Shown here: in pieces, positions 27,269 through 37,801 of the stretch
How the letters are laid out: each line of letters begins with the position of its first letter
How positions within the stretch are numbered: position 1 is the first letter of the stretch
NCBI GenBank assembly: GCA_963703465.1
Contig: CAVPEQ010000014.1
Coordinates: forward strand, 50,839 to 114,838
Reading direction: 5' to 3'
Length of the DNA stretch: 64,000 nt
Source of the DNA: an uncultured Acidobacteriota bacterium
Lineage (GTDB): Bacteria > Acidobacteriota > Terriglobia > Terriglobales > Acidobacteriaceae
Notes under the pieces: model-generated
Told to the model about the DNA's origin: nothing
Database searches by the model: none
The model's input: only the letters and a program-made list of their open reading frames with translations
Program-made: the position numbers and the translations under genes

Positions 27269-29415
27269 TTATAAATTGATGTGCTGCACCATGTCCTCAA
27301 GCTTCTGTCGTTCCCCGTTCTGTTTCTGTTCCAGTTCGGAAATTTCTTTATGCAGCAGACTGAGGCGGTCCTCCTGCAAATTGAGCTGGTGAGTGTAACG
27401 CGCGAGTAAGGTTTTTTCTTCGACGCTGCCTTTGAGCGCTTTCATGTTCTCGCGGATGCGGGCCTGGTCGGTGTTGATTGCGTTGAGTTCTTTCTGGCGA
27501 GTCTCCGTTTCTGACTGCAGTTTATTGATCTGGTTTTTCTGATCCAGCACCTTGCGGAATGCGGTCTGTAATTCCGGCGTCATCACATTTTCTGTCGCGA
27601 GAACTTCCACTTGATGTTCAGTGATATCGGTAAGCATAGACCGACTAACGTCCTGATGGACTTCTTCCACCACGAGTTCTTTGGTTTTGCTAGGATCAAC
27701 CGCCGTTTTGAATCGATAGTGCGAGGAAGATGTTTCTTCAGGCTTTAGATTTCCGGCGAGTTTCCACCCTTCTCGCACGGGATGTTCGATCACCACCTGA
27801 CGCGAAGCGGTATCAGCGTTGCGGATGGTGTATTTGACCTTGTCGCGATGTTCTCTCGAGAGAAACATCACGCCCTTAAGAATCTGGACGCGACTGACCG
27901 GCAAGTCTTTCGATTCGGCTTGCGAAGTGACGCGAACCGCGGTATCCGCCGCATACGAGAGCAGCCGACGTTCGTCGGGATGGACGGTTTCGATCAGGCC
28001 TTCGCCTGCAAACGTTCCGCCGTCGATGATGTTGAAGGTTCCGGCATCCAGCGTTAGCCCGCTAGCGTTCTTGACCCAAAGCGCGCGAAGTGCAGGCTGA
28101 CCCGCATTAGCTGTCCAGAGAGTGACTTTCTCGGCCTCGATTCGCGATTGAAGGATAGGAACCAGCGCCGATTGGTTTTTGCCAATGGTGATCGCCTGCT
28201 TGATGTTGTATTCGAAGTAGTCGCCGAGTTCCTGGGCTTGCGCGACTGAGCGTTTTGAAATTGCGCGAGCTGGTCAAGATTTCTTCCGTTGAAGGAGAGC
28301 CCCTACCGCCGGTTGCTGCGTGAACCTCGACTGCTTCGACGGTTACCGAAAGCCGCACCAATGCGGGTCGTGTGATCAGCTGGCGCACTCCCTGCCGCAC
28401 TCCGCCGACACCTCCGCCGACATGCGGGGCGCCAGTGGTGACAATCGGTTCAGGTGCCTGCTTGTCCTCTTGCATTGTTCCCTCATGGGTTTGTGGAGTC
28501 AGCATTGCCGATTCTGGCAACGCGACCTCCGGCCTGCGCGCGTACAGCGGCTGAGAGATGTTCTGAATAAAAGACTGCGGGGCACCTGCGATCAGCGACA
28601 ACTGCACGTCTTTCCAGTCTTCGCCAATTGTGTTGTCCACGATACGCCCAGCCCTGAAGCAGTGGTTTTTCGTTCGGCTTTTCCGGAAGAATAATGCGAT
28701 AGGTGCTCTTCCACACCGGCACTTCGCTGATGTAGCTGACGAAGATGTCGCGGTCACCGTTTCCGGTCGCGGAAACAGTCATCCGGCGGAGATCACGCGC
28801 CCGCGACGATCCCACCAGATTCAAATAGCGTCCGACTTCATCGTTCAACTCATGGTCCGCCAGGCGCACGGAGACGCCCGGACCCAGTTCGAAATTCTTC
28901 ATCTCGCCCGAATCGGTGACGATGGAGAAATCGGTCACGTGGTAGGTTGCGCCGGAATCGTTTGTCCGATCTTCCTGCTCCACGCTGAGCAGACGCCCAG
29001 CCGCAGACTCCCCTTTTCCTGCGACTTCGACGCGTGAACCCCGTAACGCAGAAAGAAACTCAGCACGCGTAATCTGCTCACCAAAAGGCAGCCTCAAGGC
29101 GCGCAGTCGTTCATCTAGTGGCGCGATGGAGTTGTAGCGAATGTCCGAGATTTTCCCGTCACCGAGATCAACCACGGTCAGCGACTTGAGGACATCATTG
29201 AGTTGCCCGGTGGTGAAATCGATTCCCAGTTCCTGGTTTCCGCGCACCCGAGCCGAGTGCTCGAAGTAGCCGACTCCGTTTTTGTAAAGGACCACACGTT
29301 TTACCGGGAGCCGGGCCGCATCGGTATCTGAACTAGGCGATGATTGTTGCGCGGAGCACAGTGCCCCGGTGATCCCGAAAATCAGGACGAGAATCAGCCA
29401 ACGTTCCTTGCGCAT
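27269..29415 (-). pseudogene. DUF4140/DUF4139 (MuiA-like) exported protein with C-terminal coiled coil, broken by two apparent 1-nt insertions
   Basis: The protein runs through three ORFs in successive frames. ...KPLLQGWA | IVDNTIGEDWKDVQLSLIAGAPQSF... (junction about 28641-28650). Then ...(about 28230-28280) | AQAQELGDYFEYNIKQAITIGKNQSALVPILQSRIEAEKVTLW... through to ...DMVQHINL*. Confidence 0.75.
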
Positions 29416-29729
29416 TTGAACCTCCACAGATGGAGCAATTTAAAAGAAGAACGTTGGATATGAATGATGTTGCGATGTGAGCAGAAACTGAGTTGGTTGC
29501 CATTGTCGTGGCGAGATCAGACTAACCGAGAGTGCCCCCTCATTGGTTGACACTCATGGGTCTACCCGTCATGTCAATGGACAACGAGTGCCGCCACAAA
29601 GTTCCGTAACAATATCGATTAGGTGCGCGGCGCGTCGTTCCAGCCAAGGTCTGCCGAACGGTTGTGGTTACCAAAGGCATAGCAACCGCGCCGACCTGAT
29701 TGCTTTGTCGGAAGTGACCTTCCATACTT

Positions 29730-32475
29730 TTGGAGGGGTCACTCTATCCAGATCGCATCTCGTGGCCGCCGGAACCTAGCGTGTCTGATAACAAACAAAT
29801 CAAAGCTTTAGGCTTGCGCTTCGCCCGTGGCCTGCAGATGACGGTGAAAACCACGGTGATGTTTACCGTGGACCACAAAAGCGTAGAGCGCCCCATTCAG
29901 CAGAGCTTTGAGCTCCTCAACACTCTGCTCAAGGAAGTGGGGCAATTCACCTTCGGCTTTGTCGACAACCAGGTCATGCTGAACAACCTGCTGACCACCG
30001 ATCTTTCACTGCGACATCTTGAGACTGAATTCCTGAAGCGCGGCATCACGGCAGTCACATTCGAACCCGGGCTCACGTTGGGGCGATACCGGAAAGTCAT
30101 AAGTCTGCTCGCGGCCTCGTCGAAGGCTATTGAAGAGGCTGGCGGAACGCTTAATTTTCTGGATAAAAACGAGATCGAGGGCGCCCGCATTCTTCCTGCG
30201 TCGAAAAATCAGAAGAAGGATGAGCAGGGCGACACTATCATCGATACCGATTCCGAAGCCTACATTCTCTCGAAACAAATGGCCACCGAGCAGGGCTCGC
30301 GAGATTTTCTGGACTCGATTGACTCACTGCTGGAATCGGGCTGCTTTGATCCCGCGGTGCGCAATGATGTGTTGTCAGAATATGCGACCCAGCAATTCGA
30401 CGGCAGCGGTTATGGGGTCCCGATTGCGATGCCGAACCTGGTGCCGCTCAGAGAAGGGCAAATTGTCGTCGATGCCTCGACGGTCATCGGCTCCGGCGAA
30501 GCAGGGCAAACTGGCAATGGGCAAGCCATCTCGGGCACCGGTCAGGGCGGTTCTGGAGGATACTCTGCCGGGCAAGAAACCGGGGAACCGGGAGCGCATC
30601 ACGCGGGCGAGGGCGCCCGCGCCACGAGACCTCAGGGCCGACGCGTTGTAGAGAACGTACCCGCGGGCTCGCCGGGTACCGCTACGGTCCGGGGCAAGCC
30701 GGGCTCTGGCAGTTATTACTACGCGGATGGTTCGGTTCCTGCTGGAGAAGCAGGTTCGCCATCGGATGTAGGCCCCTCACCCAGCGCATGGCGGAACGCG
30801 CACGGACTCGCCACCTCAGGATCAGGCACTTTCATGGAGATGGTCGAAGCCTCGGTGCAGCGCTCTCTTCTGGAAGAGCGAGGGAATCCGCAGAAATCGT
30901 ACGCCTCACTGGCGCGAATTCTGCGCAATACCGGGGTGGACAAAATCCTGGAAAATTTTCCTGTCGAGCGACGCCAGGAGCTGACCAGCCTCCCGCCTGA
31001 GAAATTAGCCGCCGAATACATCGAGGACACTGCCCTTCTGCTCGCGGGGCAGAAGCTCCAATCAGCCGAAGGACAGCCACAAAAAATACTTATCGAAGAA
31101 GGCGCGATACGGGTCCTCGCGCGCAGCTTGCAGGCGACGCAGATGGCAGACCGGCTGGCACAGAAACTCGCGAAGTTCATCCAAGATTTTGCCGTGCCGC
31201 AACACTTGCAGGAAAAAATTCGCGAGGAGCTGCAGTGGAGCACTCTGAGCGGAAGCAAGCGTTATGCCCGTCTGCTGGAAATTAAGCATTACTCATCGAC
31301 TGAATTCCGCCGCCTGATCGATCTTGCGAAAGAACTGATCAAGGCACGGGAGATGGACCGCGCCACCGCTCTGGCTACGCATTACTTCGACTTCCTGGAT
31401 GATTCCGGCACATTCGACGTCACCGAACTCAGCCGCGCGCCGGAACTGATCCGCAGTATTCCGCTGGCACAGGCAGAATTTGCAACCAAGACCGCCGACC
31501 GGCTTGGCCGGGCATTAATGCGCGAAGATCTTTCAGATTTTGTACACGCACAGGCAGCTACTGCATTGACGGTCCTGGCCCAATCCGTGGCTTCGTTTGA
31601 GAATTTCCAGAATGTTTTGTCGATCGGCATTCTGCTTGAAAATTCTCTCAACCGCGACCCCGAAAAACATAAGAAATGCTGTGGAAGTAATTTAGGCAGA
31701 CTGCTTCCCGCAGCCGCGACCGAACGCATCATCGAGATGTTCCTGCTGCAACGCGGTGACTCGGTGTGGGGCAAGAGTTCCGCCACGTTGTTGCGCTTTG
31801 CTGCTCCGGCGAGCGTCGAAAACGTGTTCAACCATCTGATTCACGAGCGGGACGCGCGCAACCGGTTGGCGCTTATCCGGCTGATTGGCCAGCTCGGGAC
31901 TGCAAGCATTGAAGTTGCGTACAAATATTTGAAGGACGACCGCTGGTATGTAGTTAGAAATATCTGCGGGGTACTGGCCGAGCTCAAAGATCCAGATCTC
32001 GCTGACCATATCGTGCCGGCGCTTGAACACCACGACCCCCGCGTTCAGCAGGCTGCGCTAAAAGCTCTCGTACGCAGCCGGACAGTCCGCGCCGCGCCGG
32101 TTTTAGCCAATTCGCTACTGAAACTAGCGCCCAATATTCTGGACGAAGCGCTCGATGAACTCATGTTCCTGAGACACGTAAAGACGATTGAAGGGTTGGA
32201 GACGTTCATTTGCGGCGCAGGAACCAATCTTGCTGCCGCAAAAAAAGCGGTACAGGTTCTTGAATGCCATCGACGTGGAAGAAGCTCTGGAAGCATTGGC
32301 CATGCTACTTCGCAATGAGGCGGTGGACATTACAGTTCGCCGATCAGCCTTGCACGCTCTTTCAAACAATCGAGCGGAAGAGGCGGTTGCGCTGCTCCAG
32401 GAATTCGCCAAGACTCATGGCTCGCTGGCTGAGGAAGCCGGTTCGGCGCTCAAGAAAGCGGCGACGGCAAAATAA
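29730..32475 (+). pseudogene. large HEAT/ARM-like repeat protein of unknown function, 3' end broken by one apparent 1-nt insertion (start uncertain: TTG 29730, GTG 29781 or ATG 29838)
   Basis: C-terminal third has HEAT-like repeats (RNRLALIRLIGQLG..., DDRWYVVRNICGVLAEL, HHDPRVQQAALKALV). ORF stops at 32318 after ...KKAVQVLECHRRG. The next frame continues NAIDVEEALEALAMLLRNEAVDITVRRSALHALSNNRAEEAV...AATAK* to 32475. Confidence 0.7.
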
Positions 32476-32481
32476 TTCCAG

Positions 32482-34284
32482 CTATGTTGCGCTGCCCTGA
32501 GCGCTGGCCTTTTCCAAAGACTTAAAATCGCGTAACGACAATTCCAAACCGCCGAAATCGGGATGCTCGTTGTAGCCGAGATTGAATGCGATATCGAGAA
32601 GATCGCCAGGCAGCAGCTTTTCCTGCTGAGCGCGTTCCGCCAGGCGCCATCCCATTGCGTTGTAAGTCAGCGAACGACGCCATCCATTACTTACAGTGAC
32701 GCTTTGCCCCGGAGCTAATTTCATTCGGACATGTTTTTCTTTGAGGACCTTGAAAGGCGCAGTAAGCCGCGCGGCCCGCGCACAAAAAATCGGTTCATGG
32801 TTCCCTGCTCCGAAGGGTTCGAGTTTCTGGAGAGCCGCAAACAGTTCGGGGTTAATGGAATCCAGAGCGAGTTCGTCGTCGATTTTTAATACAGGCTCAA
32901 AATCTGCCAGTGTCATTCGGGAACGCGCATACCCCTCTATGTGCGCTCGCAACTCAGACACTCGCGACGAGGGCAATGAGAATCCCACCGCATGCGAGTG
33001 CCCGCCATATCGTGTGAACAAAGCTGCACAAGATTCCAGCGCATTTAACAAATGAAAAACTGAAATGGACCTTCCGGAGCCATGCGCCTCTTCGCCATCG
33101 CGGGAGATCACGATCGCGGGTCGCCCATAGCGCTCGACCACGCGCGTCGCCGTAATCCCGATCACGCCGCGATGCCATCCTTCGCCATCGATGACCATGC
33201 AATAGGAGTCGCGCAGGGCAACATCATCGCCCAGCCTTTGCTCAATCGCCGCTACGATCCGCCGTTCTTCTTCCTGGCGGTCGCTGTTCAACTTGTCGAG
33301 ACGAACCGCGATCTCCCGGGCGTGGATCGGATCTTTTGAGGTGAAAAGATCAATCACATCGGCCGCGATGTCCATGCGACCGGCAGCATTAATTCGCGGC
33401 GCAATTCGAAATGCGACTTCCTCTGACGTCAGCGGCCGGCCATCGAGACGCGACAGTTCCAGCAATGCCTTCAGCCCTGGATTCACCGCTGTGCGCAGCG
33501 CGTTCAATCCCAGGCTGGCGATGACCCGATTCTCGCCATGCAAGGGAACGGAATCGGCGATGGTAGCGATGGCGGCAATTTTCAGAAACGAAAGCAGCAG
33601 CGGTGTTTGGTCGCGGTGTGGAAGCCGTCTCGCCAGTAAAGCTTGCGCCAATTTAAAAGCAATGCCGGCGCCGCAAAGCGATTTGCAGGGATAATCGCAC
33701 CCCGGCTGATTGGGATTGACCACGGCATAGGCATGCGGCAAACCATCCGGTCCCGGAAGGTGATGGTCGGTAATAATGAGGTCAACGCCGGCTCGCCGCG
33801 CGCTCTCCGCTGCAGCAAAAGCGCGGGTGCCGGAATCGACGCTTATAATCAGCCGAATACCGGCAGCGGCAGCGCGTTCTATTACATCCCCGCGTAAATC
33901 GTAGCCTTCGCGAATGCGGTGCGGCACATGGAAATCTGCAGAGCCTCCACACAGTTCGATCGCGGCTTTCAGGATTACGACCGCCGTAGTGCCGTCGACG
34001 TCATAATCGCCATAAACCAGAATTCCCTCTTTGCGTTCGATGGCGGCTTCGAGCCGTTCCACGGCCGCTTTCATTCCGGTCATCAATAAAGGTGAATGAA
34101 GCTGGTCGAGTGAAGGCGAGAGAAAAGCTGCGGCCGCTTCCGGCGTAGTTATTCCGCGAAGAAGCAGAAGCTTGGCAACGATCGCGTTGAGCTGTGGAGA
34201 TTTAGGAAGACAATCGAGCGAGGAGATCGCTTCGGCAAACGCCTGCACCGCGACCGGTTCAACGTCGCTTACGTTCCAGCGCAC
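32482..34284 (-). CDS. recJ: single-stranded-DNA-specific exonuclease RecJ
   Basis: DYDVDGTT, SVDSG, ITDHHLPG, GGHSHAVG (DHH/DHHA1 motifs). Confidence 0.95.
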   Translation of the reverse strand: MRWNVSDVEPVAVQAFAEAISSLDCLPKSPQLNAIVAKLLLLRGITTPEAAAAFLSPSLDQLHSPLLMTGMKAAVERLEAAIERKEGILVYGDYDVDGTTAVVILKAAIELCGGSADFHVPHRIREGYDLRGDVIERAAAAGIRLIISVDSGTRAFAAAESARRAGVDLIITDHHLPGPDGLPHAYAVVNPNQPGCDYPCKSLCGAGIAFKLAQALLARRLPHRDQTPLLLSFLKIAAIATIADSVPLHGENRVIASLGLNALRTAVNPGLKALLELSRLDGRPLTSEEVAFRIAPRINAAGRMDIAADVIDLFTSKDPIHAREIAVRLDKLNSDRQEEERRIVAAIEQRLGDDVALRDSYCMVIDGEGWHRGVIGITATRVVERYGRPAIVISRDGEEAHGSGRSISVFHLLNALESCAALFTRYGGHSHAVGFSLPSSRVSELRAHIEGYARSRMTLADFEPVLKIDDELALDSINPELFAALQKLEPFGAGNHEPIFCARAARLTAPFKVLKEKHVRMKLAPGQSVTVSNGWRRSLTYNAMGWRLAERAQQEKLLPGDLLDIAFNLGYNEHPDFGGLELSLRDFKSLEKASAQGSAT

Positions 34285-34287
34285 GGC

Positions 34288-34767
34288 CTAGGGCTCTTCG
34301 TCCGTGCCAGAGCCGTCGATGGCGATGCCGCCGAAGTCCTCGGAGACTTCCATGAGCCGCTGGTAGTGGTCGTACCACTCGGTGGAGACCTCGTAAATCA
34401 TCATCACGCCCTGAAAGGCGAATCCGAGTTGCACAAAACCGGTTTTGCCGAGATAGGTTCGCAGCCAGCGCGCATCTTCGAGGTCTTCATCGCTGGAAAA
34501 CTCGCCGCTACTCAGGCGCTGGATCATGGAATCCAGCTCTTCTTTTTCCAGCATCCAGGAATCCATTGTCAGAAACGGAGACCCGGCGGCCTTAGCGAGC
34601 TCCACAAAATCCTTCCACCCTTCGGCTGGGTCTTCTCCCGGCTTCCACATCACGGCCTGCACTTCTTCGTGATCGACATAACCCGGAAACCGGCGCATGC
34701 CATGGCCCTCGATAAAGGCCACCATATCGTCTTTCAGGGTTGCTAAATTGTCAGGCAGATTCGACAT
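34288..34767 (-). CDS. acidic hypothetical protein immediately upstream of recJ
   Basis: 159 aa with acidic tail ...IDGSGTDEEP*. Its stop lies 3 nt before the recJ start, so co-transcription is likely. Confidence 0.6.
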   Translation of the reverse strand: MSNLPDNLATLKDDMVAFIEGHGMRRFPGYVDHEEVQAVMWKPGEDPAEGWKDFVELAKAAGSPFLTMDSWMLEKEELDSMIQRLSSGEFSSDEDLEDARWLRTYLGKTGFVQLGFAFQGVMMIYEVSTEWYDHYQRLMEVSEDFGGIAIDGSGTDEEP

Positions 34768-34790
34768 CTCTAATGCAGCATTGTATGCCA

Positions 34791-34975
34791 GTTAGCTGTC
34801 AGCCGTCAGCCATCAGCCGTCAGGAAAATCGCCAGAGTCAAAGCTTTCTTGCATCGCGGATTATGCAGATTCCCTAATCCACGGTGCGCAGTATTCCATG
34901 AAAGCCCCCCCTTCGATAAGTGACTAGCACGAGTACGTTGACGGCTGACGGGCGAAGGCTGACCGCTGTTTTCCT
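34791..34975. repeat. intergenic palindromic word-repeat element, family C (GTCAGCC heptads)
   Basis: Left arm is gttagctgtcagccgtcagccatcagccgtcaggaaaa. Right arm 34937-34975 (gttgacggctgacgggcgaaggctgaccgctgttttcctg) contains the complementary heptads. Confidence 0.75.
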
Positions 34976-35015
34976 GTGCTAAACTAAAAATTCAACTTAC
35001 AACTTTTGATCAGAC

Positions 35016-35294
35016 ATGCTGCTCTCGAAAGAATATGTGGGCTACCTGGCCCGCCAAACCGCCAAACGACTCGTCGCCTCTGAGTTCATCGAAACCAAGA
35101 ACCTGCAAGCGGTTACGGAGAAAATGCACGCTGCCATGCTCGACGAATTCGGGCTGGAGGACCGGATCAATGACGAGGTCCGCGTCATTCTCGAAGCCTA
35201 TTCAGACGAGATGCGCAACAGCGGCGCCGATTACCAGGAGATGTTCCGAAAGGTGAAAAACGAGTTGGTCCGCAAGTACAAGGCGGTGCTATGA
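35016..35294 (+). CDS. DUF507 family protein
   Basis: MLLSKEYVGYLARQTAKRLV...DEVRVILEAY...; 92 aa. Confidence 0.7.
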   Translation: MLLSKEYVGYLARQTAKRLVASEFIETKNLQAVTEKMHAAMLDEFGLEDRINDEVRVILEAYSDEMRNSGADYQEMFRKVKNELVRKYKAVL

Positions 35295-35566
35295 GGGTCA
35301 GCCGCGACAAAGCCAACAAGGTTGCGCACGTGGTGGCTGATACCCTTGCCTCCGTCGATGAGGTCGATTTTGTCGAAGACCGCAATACTATTCGGCTGGA
35401 AATCCGCAAGATTTTAGAGGATTTGCTGAATCAGGAAGAGCGCATCGACAAATCTGCGCGCCAGAAAATTGAAAGCCAGAAGCGCACCATTCTTGAAGGC
35501 AGCCAGGAATGGGACATCCTCTACCGCAAGTACTACAACGAAGAAGTGAAAAAACTGGGCGTATAG
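35291..35566 (+). CDS. DUF507 family protein (paralogue)
   Basis: MRVSRDKANKVAHVVADTL...; ATGA overlap with the upstream paralogue. Confidence 0.7.
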   Translation: MRVSRDKANKVAHVVADTLASVDEVDFVEDRNTIRLEIRKILEDLLNQEERIDKSARQKIESQKRTILEGSQEWDILYRKYYNEEVKKLGV

Positions 35567-35587
35567 CTCTCCAATTTTTTCCCGTGG

Positions 35588-35619
35588 GCAAAACAAAACG
35601 GCGGAGGTCTTCCGCCGTT
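35588..35619 (-). terminator. Rho-independent terminator for the minus-strand gene ending at 35636
   Basis: Stem aacggcgga / tccgccgtt (35597-35619). On the minus strand it is followed by ttttgttttg. Confidence 0.6.
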
Positions 35620-35635
35620 CTGCATATGGCGTTAA

Positions 35636-35896
35636 TTATGCTGCGCGGCTCAGCGCGTCCGAACCGTGTTGCTTAACCATCTTGTTGTAGTTGCCCATGA
35701 TCAAGAACGGCGCGGCCCATTGCCCGACGAACAATGCCCAACTGTTCTTGCCGGAAATTTTCAGGATCGCTGAAGCGACCATAGACCCGACAGCCAGTCC
35801 AAGATACACACTCGACGGCGCCCCCGACGTGATTGCCTCTATCGACCCGGTAAACCGGTCTTCGCTTGCTTGTCCTTGTTCTACTTTGGATTGCAT
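35636..35896 (-). CDS. small membrane protein (86 aa)
   Basis: Start at internal ATG (MQSKVEQGQ...). Two hydrophobic segments: VYLGLAVGSMVASAILKI and ALFVGQWAAPFLIMG. Confidence 0.5.
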   Translation of the reverse strand: MQSKVEQGQASEDRFTGSIEAITSGAPSSVYLGLAVGSMVASAILKISGKNSWALFVGQWAAPFLIMGNYNKMVKQHGSDALSRAA

Positions 35897-36066
35897 TCCA
35901 CCCTCTTCTGTTGATGATTTTGATTGCTGTGGTTGGATGCTGCAAGCGATGGCTCCGAAATAAAAATGCGGTGAAAATCGCAAGCTCCTGACGAAAACTC
36001 GTAAATCGCGCTTGCTGGAAGCCATGATCTCTCCTGATTACCCTCTTTCGCGCGATAATTTGAGAA

Positions 36067-37122
36067 GTGTCTGTACACGACATTTCGGAAAAGATTAAGC
36101 AAGCTGCGACGGCCGCCGGCTTAGAACTGGCCGGAATCGCACCGGTTGACGACTTTGCCGAACTCAAACGCTTTCCTGAGTGGATCGCCGAGGGCCGCGC
36201 CGGCGAGATGAAGTATCTGGAATCGAGAACCGACGCTGGCGAGTTGCGGCGGGCTTCTCTCCAGTCGGTTTTTCCCTGGGCCCGCAGCGTGGTGGTCTGC
36301 GCGACCAACTATAATACTGCTCAACCCTATTCGACCGCTGTGAACGACCTTTCGCGAGGATGGATTTCACGTTACGCGTGGAGTCGCGAAGATTATCACG
36401 ACACAGTTCTTCAGCGCTTACGCGAGGTCGAAACAAAACTCAAAGACATCGCAGGGCAAAATATCGAAACGCGCTCTTATGTTGACACCGGGCCAATCGT
36501 TGAACGTGTTTACGCGAAATATGCCGGCTTGGGTTGGTTGGGTAAAAATACTTGCCTCATCAATCAACAGATTGGATCCTGGCTTTTTCTCGGCGTGATC
36601 GTGACGTCGGTTGAGTTGACGCCGGACGTTCCCGCGCCTGATCGCTGCGGGACTTGCACTCGCTGTATCGACGCTTGCCCCACGCAAGCATTGATCGCGC
36701 CTCACGAGCTCGATTCCAATAAATGCATTTCGTACTTGACGATCGAGAAACGCGGCACTATTCCTGAACAACTTCGCGAGGGCATAGGACGACAAGTCTT
36801 CGGCTGCGACATCTGCCAGGATGTTTGCCCGTGGAATCGGAAGGCGCCATCGAGCACGAAACCTGAATTCGAAGCTCGCGAAGGACTGGTAAATCCAGCG
36901 CTGGCGTGGCTGGCAGAAATTTCGGAAGAAGAATTTCGAGAAACATTTCGCGGCTCGCCAGTGAAACGCACCAAGCATTCTGGCCTGCGCCGAAACGCAT
37001 TGATCGCAATCGGCAACAGCGGAGACCGCTCATTTGCGCCCATCGCCGAACGCGCATCTCACGACCCAGATCCCCTGATTGCTGACTCAGCACTTTGGGC
37101 GAAGCGGCAACTCAACCCCTAA
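36067..37122 (+). CDS. queG: epoxyqueuosine reductase QueG
   Basis: CGTCTRCIDACPTQAL and GCDICQDVCPWN 4Fe-4S motifs, CISYLTIEKRG, and HEAT-like C-terminus (ALIAIGNSGD). Confidence 0.9.
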   Translation: MSVHDISEKIKQAATAAGLELAGIAPVDDFAELKRFPEWIAEGRAGEMKYLESRTDAGELRRASLQSVFPWARSVVVCATNYNTAQPYSTAVNDLSRGWISRYAWSREDYHDTVLQRLREVETKLKDIAGQNIETRSYVDTGPIVERVYAKYAGLGWLGKNTCLINQQIGSWLFLGVIVTSVELTPDVPAPDRCGTCTRCIDACPTQALIAPHELDSNKCISYLTIEKRGTIPEQLREGIGRQVFGCDICQDVCPWNRKAPSSTKPEFEAREGLVNPALAWLAEISEEEFRETFRGSPVKRTKHSGLRRNALIAIGNSGDRSFAPIAERASHDPDPLIADSALWAKRQLNP

Positions 37123-37224
37123 GGTTCCCTCCTCATCGTAAATTCTCGTTGACCACTGACGTTCTGTCGCGTAGGCTTTGCCCGTTTGAAATAGTCCATC
37201 ACTTCCATCGTTCACAGGAGGCAT

Positions 37225-37785
37225 ATGGTCCCCATTCACGCGTTGTGGTTGCCGATCCTGCTATCAGCCGTGATCGTTTTCGTTGCGAGTTCGATCATTC
37301 ACATGGCTCTTCCTGTTCATAAAAGCGACTATCGCAAGTTGCCGGACGAAGCGAAAGTGCTCGATAGCTTGCGTGCGGCCAGTGTTACGCCGGGACCCGA
37401 ATATCGTTTCCCTTATTGCACCCAGAAAGAAATGAAGTCGCCCGAAAACCTGGAAAAACTTAAACGCGGCCCCGTCGGGCTTCTTGTGATAATGCCAAGT
37501 GGAGTGCCGAACGTGGGGAAATTCCTTGGCCAGTGGTTCATTTATTGCGTGGTAGTTAGTATTTTTGCCGCCTACCTGACTGGCCGCACGCGCGTACCGG
37601 GCGCTGAATATCTCGAAGTCTTCCGCGTCGCCGGCGCGACAGCGTTTATCGGATACTCGCTGGCGCAAGCGCAGAACTCAATCTGGAGAGGCGTGACCTG
37701 GGGTGTAACTCTAAAACATATGTTGGACGGGCTCATCTTCGGTTTGCTGACCGGCGGAACCTTTGGATGGCTGTGGCCAAGATAA
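37225..37785 (+). CDS. hypothetical membrane protein
   Basis: 4 hydrophobic segments; GGAGG RBS ahead of the ATG. Confidence 0.55.
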   Translation: MVPIHALWLPILLSAVIVFVASSIIHMALPVHKSDYRKLPDEAKVLDSLRAASVTPGPEYRFPYCTQKEMKSPENLEKLKRGPVGLLVIMPSGVPNVGKFLGQWFIYCVVVSIFAAYLTGRTRVPGAEYLEVFRVAGATAFIGYSLAQAQNSIWRGVTWGVTLKHMLDGLIFGLLTGGTFGWLWPR

Positions 37786-37801
37786 TCGCGACCAGAAGCG
37801 C

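Noticed and set aside
22213-27300. Integrated mobile element at tRNA-Ser.
   Set aside because: No integrase, excisionase, phage or conjugation genes are present. I could not find a direct repeat of the tRNA 3' end in the flanking 5 kb by eye.
29428-29729. Small ORFs 29540-29725 (-) and 29543-29779 (+) in the divergent promoter region.
   Set aside because: They mirror each other, and they lack RBS and motifs. The region is more plausibly the shared regulatory region of the DUF4139 and HEAT-protein genes.
35673-36308. 211-aa minus-strand ORF overlapping the queG start and the small membrane protein gene.
   Set aside because: It conflicts with two better-supported genes and shows no motifs.
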